From positions 39,314,401 to 39,378,400 of the forward strand of contig CM120641.1 of the NCBI GenBank assembly GCA_051362555.1: a stretch of DNA of 64,000 nucleotides, read 5' to 3'. The DNA is from Lingula anatina. Its lineage: Eukaryota > Animalia > Brachiopoda. Below are positions 1 to 11,300 of this stretch, piece by piece; positions within the stretch are counted from its first letter, which is position 1, and every line of letters starts with the position of its first letter. The notes under the pieces are model-generated. The model worked only from the letters and a program-made list of their open reading frames with translations. It had not been told where the DNA came from and ran no database searches. The translations under genes were made by a program, and so were the position numbers.

Positions 1-132
1 ATTTTCTATGTTTTGATTTACCATATACTCAGCATGTATTGGTTCATTCCAAATGAAGCTATCATTGTAGTATCATTGGGAATGAGCTCTTAAAATTATC
101 AATAAATACGATAGTCAACATCTATAACTAAC

Positions 133-1959
133 CTATATAATTCTAAAGCATACACAGCAAACATAGATGAACAGTCTGACATGACCCTGCCTCCAGGAAC
201 ATCTATCTCATCGCCAGGGACAAGAACACTGACACGGAGCTCCTCAGCTATCATTCCAGCTGCATTCTGAGACTTTGCCCAAGCCAACATCTTATTCTTG
301 GTACTCTCTGGGAAGAATGTTATGTATGGAATGTGTCTTTCACCATCATTATGAACAGAGTCTGAAAAAAGTATTACATTTACACAAATTAATAAATAAA
401 AAAATACTTATTACAGTGCATGCAAAAATGAATGAAATATCAAATACTTATTCATAAAAAATTAACTCTTTAATGTTATAAAAGTTACAGTTACATAGTA
501 ACACTAAAGGCACATCAGGTGTCACTTGTACATTTTCTTTTACCAGATATTTTAAAGCAAGAATAAGTTATTTGGTGGGAGGGGGAGTGGTTGTCATCTG
601 GAAATCATTTTAGACTACATATACTCAGGTTTCAGTTCTGTCCTTAATGTTTGTCTGGTCATCTGTCTGTGATATCTTACCTGTATCAGGACAGTCATAA
701 GCTTCCCACTGCCTCCACCTGCCATCAGCAAGCCGGAATGCAGACCTAAAATAAAATAAGAAGTAAAAAAAAACGACTTCATCCTAAATCTATGTTAAGC
801 ATTCCTTACTGAATGAAAATTACAAGATCAATAGAATATGAAATTTATTATCTTGGTGATCACAAGGATATCATAAACAGTGCACTTTAATGGACTCCAG
901 TGGTTTAAATCTTAAAAACAGGTTAAAGTTCATGCCCAAGAATTTCCACCTCAGATAAGATGCAGACTTTCAATCAATGCTATTATGAACAACAGTAAAA
1001 TACCTTATATGTCCCAAACTGTTGACATAGATATCTTGAAGAAATTCAGGTAGAGATGAGTTGAATAAAGAATTTTGCATCAGGGTGATGTTGCCAATAG
1101 TATGAGGTAAGGCCACTGCCATCTGCTGTGCCACATCAATGGAGTCAGCAAACAGGTGCTTGTAAAAGTTACCATAAATCCTGCGCTTGAAATCGCGGTT
1201 AGGATAATACCAAGATAAAATCAATGTCACAGACTTTTCCTCCCCTGGCTGCAATGTTGTAGATAATGCCATTGCCCCATGCACATTGGGAAGTGCCCCA
1301 GATTCTGGTTTGACTGCAGTCTTCATGAATTTTCCATTAGCTGCAAAGTCATTCCAGAGATCCATCACATCATCCCCTGATCCAAAGGAGGCTGCCACAC
1401 CCTGATTGTTTAAACTGGATGCACAGATTGAAAGATTTCCACATGGGGCCACATTGCATTCACGAACCAGAGAGATACAATTTAAATTGCCTCCTGTTTC
1501 ATGGACTTGCCAAAAGCCTTTGACACCTGATGACCTCTGGGGATTAAACCTATTCAAGTTAACACTGGTGTAGAGTACACAAGACTTGGTGTCTTCTTGA
1601 AATGTCCATGTTCCACATTCCTTAACACTACTGCAAAGCTTCATGCACTGTAAATCATTAGTGACAGTTGAAGCTTTTTCTGATTCTAGAGTCCCTTCAA
1701 CATATGACCTGTCCTGCATCTTTTCTATTCCTAAAGGAAGGTTGAGCATGAAAGCTGCATCAACTTTGTTTGTTTTAGAAGGATTCTTCATGACCAATGT
1801 AAAGGCTATGGCTGGTGTAGCTGACTTATTGAGGTTGTTCACATAATATGTCGAGTAACCATACAAGGCAGCCTCAACAGGTACACGTGAGTCTTGCACC
1901 TCCAGTCTGGACACTGGGTGAGAGCCTTGGTACTTCATAGCCTGAACACCTGGCAAACC

Positions 1960-1994
<35 letters not shown>

Positions 1995-4128
1995 CTAGAA
2001 ATTGTTTTTTGTTATAGCTCATAAAACTGAAATATACAAACATTAACATGAAATGATAAATAAATATATTACAAAAAGACAATTTGATTGAGTTAAGAGT
2101 TAAAAGGACAGACTGTTTATTGGTAAATTCTCTTTAAAAAACTCTTTCACCATTTAAAAGTTTTACCTGTGGGTGGATGAGTTTGAAGTACAAAAGCTTG
2201 GGCTCCATTTGATTTTTCCTTAGGAAGCTTTTTCAAATGACGCTTTAATCTGTTACCACCTATTTGGACCCTCATTTCTTCGATTTCTTCATCAATTTCC
2301 TTGGTCATTTTGATCACTTCATTTTCAGCTCTGGGTATATGCACATTGAGGTAGTATTCATCAGATTTCTGACTGACAAGTGGTTTCTGTTGGTTTGACT
2401 GTTTCTTTGAAACTGAACTCACTGAGGTTCTCATACCAAAGACTGCTTCTTCAAATACCTACAAATAAAAGTTTTTAATATCAAGCTTTGTTGATCACTA
2501 TTCTTGTTGACAATTATGACTTATGATAAATTTATATTTTCATCATAAGAATTTCAAGACGAATCCTGTGTAACGTTATAATTGTAGATAATATCTCAAC
2601 AATTTATAAGCAACAAAACTCAGCAACTGAAATATTGTTTTTATCAAATTAAATGATATCATTGTTTGAAATATCTATGTTATGCAACCATTTATGTAAC
2701 ATTCAATGAAACGAGAGCTCTACAACATTTTTATTCAATTGGAGATCATAGCTGTTATGCTGAATTTTACATCACACCAGCTTGTCATGCAAATGTTAAA
2801 ATAATGCACAATTGTGGAAATGCCTTTTGTATGTATACAGTAACCATATTAAGTGCCCACACTTATTTTCAATCCTAATGGTGGCCTTCAGTACCTGTAT
2901 TTTTGCAGCTCCCCCTGGCGTTTGGTTCATTATGACCCACTCATGTAAAGTACCATCTCCACGAAGCTCTATCGACCCTGTGCTGACACCTATTGGTAGA
3001 AAATGAAACCACTTGAATAAAGTTACTATGAAAAGATTTTATATAATCAACAATTTTCAACTGATACATATATGTATGCACAACTCAGATATAAACACTT
3101 AAATTGCCACTCCAATATGATGGGAAAAATATTGCTCATTGTGATTCAGAGATCAATTTTTTTTCTTTGGGCAATTAGGTTTATCTGTGATGATAGTGAT
3201 ATTATTGAAAACTTGAAGCAACCTTACTTCTGATCAAAAGCCAAAATATATCCCAGCTGCCATTATATACCTTGAAAAACCTTGGCAAAGTGATGACATG
3301 ACATGAAGAATGCATAAAATGGGATTTGCACTCCACAATGGCCACAAATAGCTTCAAATACATGACCAATTTCATTCTTTTCAAAATAGAATACAAAAGC
3401 TTGTGGGGCATGCGCATTGTACACTTGTATTTATGGTGTCAATTACACATTTCCATAGAAATTGTGATATCCACATGACTAGAGGGTAGACAAATATACT
3501 CAAAGGAAATTCTAAGATATTTACACATGAGATTTTGTGGTAGATATTTTTGTGCATGACTGAATGATAATATAACAAATTAGAAATTACAGCAAACAAT
3601 GCTGACAAAGCAAACTGAATACAAGAACAACTCATTTCATGTATAAGCATGAACTTATATGTCCCTCTGACAGGCATAGGAGTTTAAAATAAGGGGCTGC
3701 AAGGCTAAAGACATTTTAGCTTACTTCATCCTGTATAGAAAAGAAATGATTGTAATGGAATCATGGGGGTGAGGGAGGAAGGCTTCAGCCCTTATGAGCC
3801 CCCAGTGATACTCACCTCCAAGAGGCACAGCACTCCGTATACCACTGGGGGGTGGAACCAAAGTCCCATTATCTAGCTGGTGGTAGCGATAATTAAATGC
3901 ATCCCAGAGGTCCCAGCCCATAGCCGAGTCACTGATGTGGGTGACATTCTCCTGCTCCAGGTACACGCAGCCTTGCCTCTTCCACACGTAACGGTCGGAA
4001 CTCTTGATAATGCCTTCATTTTTAAACTGGATTTTCGACAACAGATCTGAGATACTGTCACCTCTGCTCTTCCCGATAAGTAAAAACGCACCAAGGATAA
4101 GGGCTAATGTGGGGGCACTTGCTGTCAT
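133..4128 (-). CDS. GH116 (GBA2-like, non-lysosomal glucosylceramidase family) glycosidase with signal peptide and PAN/apple insertion; 3' end lies beyond the left edge
   Basis: Phase-consistent GT-AG exons: 4128-3816, 2989-2895, 2458-2167, 1958-1004, 745-681, 361-133. GH116 N-terminal motifs [47 protein letters not shown] and [13 protein letters not shown]. Start of the catalytic domain: [12 protein letters not shown]...DSVHND. Hydrophobic N-terminus [19 protein letters not shown]. Confidence 0.85.
1961..1992. repeat. (TAA)n microsatellite directly at the GH116 exon 4 acceptor
   Basis: About 10 TAA units seen directly, adjacent to the acceptor AG at 1960-1959. Confidence 0.95.
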
Positions 4129-4366
4129 GGTCGTAGTCTACTTTTCTTGGGTCTACTGTGGTAATCCCAAGCTCAGTGCCTCACCTCAATCTGCAGTGAC
4201 AACCTATATACACATTTATAAACAATACATGTTGGTCGTAGTACCGTATAAATGTACGTACAGATGTAAAACGGTTACTTGTGCATACAGATAATTTTTA
4301 ATATAAAACTTGTCCAGAGTGAGTCTGTCAAATGTGGACCACTCTCTTTATCAATATCGTGTTGCG

Positions 4367-4426
<60 letters not shown>

Positions 4427-4810
4427 GTATGTTGCACATTATGACATGCTCTCGAGGACAATGACTCTAGTATTCACCGGCTTTTATTTTTATACCTGCA
4501 CTGTACATTCCTAGGTAAATTAACGTAAAGACAGCAGTTGTATAATACAATTGCAATGATAGTAAGAAAATGTGTATAATTCTGATTATAACTAAGACTT
4601 TAGGAACAACTTAAAATGACTTACACGACGGTGCCCTGGCAGATTCAATTATACAAACCTCCGAGTCTTGTGACTGGTCATGTGACCGCGGGTATTGTTG
4701 TTTAGACATGGCGGTGGCAGGTGCGCTGAGAAGTCAATAGGTTAGCACTTAGAGAGTAAAATCAGCGCTTCCCAGAGGAAATTTATATCATTGAGAGTAC
4801 CGTAACATAG
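4129..4810. promoter_or_regulatory. Putative bidirectional promoter plus non-coding first exon of the + strand gene
   Basis: Lies between the GH116 ATG (4128, -) and a CpG-richer segment at about 4620-4810 that ends in the donor AG|GTAATA at 4811. YY1-like ACATGGCGG at 4706. Confidence 0.55.
4368..4422. repeat. (TA)n microsatellite
   Basis: Pure TA run seen directly. Confidence 0.97.
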
Positions 4811-5160
4811 GTAATAACACTGAAATTAATCCGTTCGTTTACAAAAGATAGATATAGCACGGTATGCATTTGAACCTTCTTTATATCGGTTATTTACCTT
4901 AGCAACACCAATACTTCATGTTTGGCTGTACAGCATTGAAGAGAGATTCTGTCATAATTTTAAATACTTAACTCTCAGTTTTGATAAAACATTTGCTAAA
5001 ACTTAATGCCGTCAAGATGGACAGTGCTTATGTCAAATATTCCTCGTTTTAGTGTGACATTGAATGGGGTCTTTTTACAGCAAGTACAGGCACATGAAAT
5101 TTTATAAGTTATATGTTACTATATTGAATTACTTTTCTTTCAGACATAATAACACTGAAG

Positions 5161-6724
5161 ATGTCAATTGATACTATTGTAATTGAAAACCACATTAAAC
5201 TATTTGTTCAAACAAAAATTGATGAAGACGTGTATTTGGACTTGAAGAGACAATGCATATCTATTGTTCCCTTATCTAAAAAGGGATCTACGACTTTGGC
5301 AACATTTTGGGCCAAAGTTCTGCAGAATAAGAATGTATTCCCTGCAACGAAATACTTGTACCACAAAGACTTTGACAGGAAAACTGAACAGTCAATTCTA
5401 TTTGTAAAAGCAGCTGGTGTCACCTTTACAATTTTTATGAAAACTGGCACTCTGACTATAGAAGGAGAATATGTCTACGACTGGTTTAAGAACAGGATAC
5501 GAGATGTCCTAACAGCATATGATGAGAGTGTGGGGTTTCCAGTTGAGGGGTATGGGCAGGTTGTCCAAGCTGATGAAGATGAAGCCATTCCAGGTATGTA
5601 CCTAATTTTTTTTTTCTCTACTTTTATAATTATTTACGTTGATGACTTTGCATGATTAATCATTTACTATGTAAGATGCATGAAGAAATTTAGGTTTCAT
5701 GTTAGTTTGTGATATTTTATTCAAATTGTTATATTTTCAGTTGATGAGCCTAGGCTGGTTTTAAAGGAGAAATCTGCTGTGGTCAATTCCACCATTACTG
5801 CCCCTGTAGACATGGCAGAAAGTATGGACCAGCTGGAGAGTGTCCTTGGAAGGATCCATCTTGATTTGGTATGCAGTACTAAAAAATAATATGTTGTCCT
5901 CTTTTAATAGTTCATATAGAATTAATCAAAGCTAGGTCCACAAAAATTGTAAATCTGAAAGAGATAGATTTGTCTTCAGCAAGGTAATTTTATATCAGGA
6001 ATAATAAGCATTTTTATTTTCTTGACACTTGGGAAGACTAGTCCAAAAGAAGCAGATTCAAGTTGGTTGTATATTTTGCAAAGTTAATCCAGTTTTAGAT
6101 CACATGTGTATTAATAAGTACCCACTATCAAGTGTTTATAAATAATTACGAATTTCTGTTTCTCCCGTTTTCCAGCTCAGCACAGAATCCCTGCAAATGC
6201 GTTTGAAGGACCTACCCACAGGGTGTATCAGGGAAGGACACACTTACGTTTATGAGCTTTGGAAATCTCTTCTACACAAATGGTTCAGTGAGGGCTTTAA
6301 AGTGTACATTGCTACTCCAGTCATTGACACTCAGCGGGTGCTTGACATTGTGGACTTCATGTTCCAAAACAAAGAAACTGCAGACCTTGAGGGACTCTTT
6401 GTGCAATATCAGTGTGGAGAAAATAAAAGAATATCAGATGTCAAAAGAGAAGTGCTGGAGCTTCCACTATTTTCTCCTCCACAGAGGCTTCACATTGAAT
6501 ATAAACTTTTCAACAAATTGAACTATCCAGCAAAGACATTTAACTGTAAATTCATAGCTGGAGTGAAGGGAGATGCAGCTCAAGTTATGGTCACTAGTGC
6601 AGGATTCAACAGGAATCACTTTGAAGAAGAGAGTTATGAATTTGTGATGTTTCATCAGACCAAAAAAGACAATTTTATCAGGGAGTATATGGAGCCTCTG
6701 ACCACCAGCATTGGTCTAGAATAA
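5161..6724 (+). CDS. Uncharacterised 369-aa protein: TBP-like N-terminal region plus C-terminal PLD/nuclease-like domain with a degenerate HKD motif
   Basis: Exons 5161-5593, 5741-5868 and 6176-6724 join in frame (1110 nt). The C-terminal part has VYIATPVID and FNCKFIAG...VMVTSAGF, compared with PLD-superfamily SP(F/Y)(I/L) and HxK...(G/T)SAN. The N-terminal part has VTFTIFMKTGTLTIEG. The gene model is solid; the domain names are inference. Confidence 0.75.
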
Positions 6725-8332
6725 AAAACAATAGTCATTATCCAAAAACTGCAAGATGAACAAAGTCTAAACTTGACTAGTGAATTAACAGGAATTTTGA
6801 TTTATCTAAAAAATTGGTCAAAATGATTAAATTGAAACATGCAATCAATAATTTCTTTTATGCATGGTTGTAATCCCCACAAAAATTATTAACATTGTTC
6901 TATATAGATTGTCTTAATTATTATTTTTATTATAATATTATTATTATTATTATTATTATTGCATCATTTTAGTTTTACTCTATTTTTGTCAAAAAAAAAA
7001 AAAAAAAAAACTGTGAAAGGAATGTTGCTGTTTTGGGTTTCAAGTTAGAACAGTTATTTCAGTGCCAATGTAACATTTTCAAACAAAAGAAAGCCATGTA
7101 TGGGCTTTTTAAAAAATATTCAATTGTAATGAATTTAGTAAAAGTGTCTGTAGAGAAAACATTTGCTGGATTGTGCAGTGGCATGTCTTTTTTTACCACA
7201 ATCTGAAGGATTTTTAAAAGAAATATTTTTGTATTAAATTTTATTCAAATAAGTGGCTTGTGCCTTTATCTTATAACACTTGCAGTTAAAATATCAATTT
7301 GTACATTATGATTGAATTAGACTTATGTAAAATAATTCAAAAATGCACATTTTTATGTTGTTTTTCTAATTTAATAACAGTTAGAAAATCAGAACAGAAA
7401 AAGGAGTAAAATATCCCTTTTAAACAACAGAACATCATAACCTTATATATCTAAAACTACATAATTTAACTTGCCATACAAAGTTGAACAACTTTCTTGT
7501 GCGTGCTAGGTGCAATTTTATAAATAAATGAATAAATAAACAACTGAGAGTAACCCATCTGGGTCATTTAGCAAAAAAAAAAAAAAAAAAGTAGGCAAAT
7601 GTTATAAACCACTTTATCCAAATTCCTCACATAAAGCAAATATTGCTTTGTTTGTCCATATAAATTATGAAAAAAAGACACTTGTGTCATATACATATGT
7701 CATATCTTTATATTAAAACTTTCCATTTTATTATGCATTTTAATATGTAATTACCAATTATGATCTACATGTAAAAGATTGTTTACTGCACATAAAACCA
7801 ATTACCTTGTGCTAAATTATCTTCAGGTGCTTATGTTCACACCCATGCAAAGTCAGTATGTTGTTTTCCACACAGACTTAAAAAACATTAAATTACATAA
7901 AATTACTATTTTTATTGCTTATCTATTAAAAAACTTTTGTAATGCTGTACTTACAAGTAATTTCACGTGTTGCTATGACCTGATTACACTTACACTTACC
8001 TTTACAATTAGTACTAAAATACCCTCTGACACCTGTTTATTCTTAACTAAAACCTTAATGTCATGAACATAGGATATAGTTAAAAGCACTACAACTTGTA
8101 ATCAATTTCCAGAACAACAAGTTTTAACTAATTAAAACTTTCTTTAAAACATGTGATCAATTTTCAGCACCATGAGTTGACTAATCTAAACTTAATTCAC
8201 AACATCTACCTGTAAAAATCACCCTTTACTCTTTCCCTACATTGCAAGTACCTTTGAGCAAATACTGGTATGAAATTGAAAGTCTTCCTTCTGAAATCAA
8301 AACTGGACTACGTAATGGTTGTGAAGTGGTTT

Positions 8333-11300
8333 TCACATGTGCTTCTTTAACAGTTCTAGGACATACTCATTGACCAGCAACATAATAGCTCCACCTGGAA
8401 AAAAAAGCAATGAAGCTTAATTCATTGAAGGTTAAATCAAAACTATAGGTTCTGATGGACACACCTGCCTCCACCTGGACAGCATATATTATGTATTTCA
8501 ATGAGACATAACAGTTTTGAAACATCAACAACCTTAAAACCACCTTCCATAGATTCTGGACAATTAATCTTAGTGAAGTTTCAAGGACAGTAAAAATAAA
8601 GATTTTCTACTAAAAATTGCATAAATCTATAGAAAAACAAAAACAAAAAATACTGCCAGGTACACAAGTTTAAGTGAAAGTATAAGTGAAACTGTTTGAC
8701 CAGCAGTCCCATAGGCAGGGAGAGGGAGGGGGGAAGTTTAGCAAGACCTGCCCTTTAGGCTAAAAAAGGTTCCATGCCTAATAAAAATTTGATTTAGGAC
8801 CAAAGCCGGTTCTGAAATTGGATCAATTTCAGGTAAAGGGGGTAAGGGCAAAAAGGCCACTTTTTCAGAATAAAAATCTTTGTAATTGCTGGCTCCAAGT
8901 CTGAGCAGATATCAGGACCATATGGAGCCCAAAGATGACACAAGCCAAAACACACATCCTTATACTGATGAAAAAAAGAGGGGGATAAACAAAATGGAAG
9001 TAACTCAAGATGACAAAATTTCAATTATCACAAACTAATTTTTTTCATAATACTCATAGATGAAAAAAAGAACATTTGCTATCTCATCAACACAACCAAA
9101 TCAATTAACCTATTTCAAAATGGAGTTAACTCTATTTAAGGGACTCAGGACCTTACAGTACAATGTCCAAGTAAGACATGTATTTTGGTTCAGGCAGACC
9201 ACTGCCAGTTTAAAAAAAATAATAAGCTACATGATTTTCAGTGATGGCAGTAATGACCACAGTCATAGATGATGTACAGGGAAAATGTGTCTGTAGATGA
9301 CAAAACACTTACCTGGTCCTAATCTCAGTACTTTGGGCAACAGTCCTTTGTACAATGCAAGGAAACTATAAAGTAAAAGAACATATTAAATGTAAAAAAG
9401 TGCAATTAAAATCATTGTCAATAGATTCAAATTTGCAATAAATTATATTAAAATATGGTATTCATTTTCCTCAAAAAATATCAACTAATAATCAGCTTGA
9501 TGTTAGGAATATGGAAATGCATTCATGCTACAACACTGTAACTAACACATATTACAAAATCAACAAAACAGTCAAAGTGACTGAAACATACCCTTCTTCT
9601 ATATAAACCGTTCTCATAGTAGCAAAACATGTTCTATATTTGATCTGCCCTGGCACTGGCTGTGGGCCTTGGATTCTACTCTTGGCCACATCAAAGGGAA
9701 TATTTATACATGAGGCAAGTGAGCCAGCTATCAAACCTATTAGGAACTTTCTTCCGAACTCCAAGAAGGGACCCTAAAATATAAAATAATTCACATTATA
9801 ATGCAGAGCATTTGAAATCTGTTACAGATTAGTCCTTCATAAACCGAACTAATCACCTATAAACCAAGCAAATATCTGCCTGAAAGAGTTATATTATCTG
9901 TTCAAAAATACTGAAGACTAGACTTTTTTTAAATTTATTTTTTACTTGTATTGTATATACATTCATATATCTATCTTCCTGTATGTGTTTATTTATTCCT
10001 TTATACTTTCTACTTGCACAGTATATATAACAGAGAGAAATATGCCCTTACTTCACATGATGGGACAATTTCTTTGACATTGTGATAAAACCCAAAATAC
10101 ACCATGTTAAAGACCCCATGCCTTCCAAGAGTTGCAGTCAACCCTTTCCATATTCCTGATCTGCTCATATAGCCATGCTCTGCTGTGATATCTCTGAATG
10201 TGTGCCAGGCTGATTTTTGCTGAAATAATTTTCACTGGTCAGCAGTAATACTAGTATTACCTGTAACTGTACATGCCTCTGACAGGTCAGTGTAAACTGG
10301 TGAATTCAAGTTTTCATACATGTGCATATTCTAACCAGGGAATTATATCGTACACGATATAATTCCTAACAAAGGATATTTTAATAATGGTTCTTGGATT
10401 AAAAAAAGGGGAAACAATTCTACTAACTAAACATATACCATTGAACTGGCAACACATCTAAGTTTAATCAAAATACATTTTTTTAATACAAGGTTTATGC
10501 AGAATGTCAATATATGTTGCAATAATAATTAAACCATGAATGTTTATACAAACTTGGGCAAATTGGTTTCTCTCTGCTTGTAATTTGACTTTCACAACTT
10601 CAAATGGATTTATGAAAACTGCCTCAGTAAGACCTGTGGATAAACCAGACAGCCACAAAACCTGAAAAAATAAATAAAAAACATTTGATTACCAAAAGGT
10701 AGAAAATTGCCTAGGTTCATGTTAACACACACAGTTTATGCTGGTTACAAAAAAAGTGCTGAATGAAACTAAAATATATTTGTAACAAAACTGAGAAATT
10801 ATCTGACTATAACCTACAAGCTACGTCACTAAATACTTCATATGCAAGTCCTACGTGTTGATGTTTTAAAATATTCATGTCACATTTCTCTTTTTAAAAG
10901 ATCAGTACATAGAATTTTTTTGAAAATTTGGCCTCAATTTTGTCTTACACCCCAATTCGGTATACTATCGCCAGCTAATCCATAAAGCCTCTTAAATCTT
11001 TCATACATGAAAAACTTTATGGCTCTCTTAGGGAACTCTGCACAGATGGGTGGAAGAATACCCTTGTAGAAAGAAAGAAACCTGAAAAAGTATTCAACAT
11101 ATCATATTAAACATCTGATACAAACTGTTAAGGCAACTTTCTACTTACTATATGCATTACGTTTTCACATTTTTTGGATTATTCCCGTTTTGATATTTCA
11201 TAAGGGCAATGAACATTGGTACTGAATTCTTGATTTCATTAATTGTGAAACCTGTTATGGCACTGAATGTGTAAGACCCCATGCTCATAGACAATATCAT

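Noticed and set aside
4279-4514. ORFs with IYIYIY runs
   Set aside because: Artefacts of the (TA)n microsatellite.
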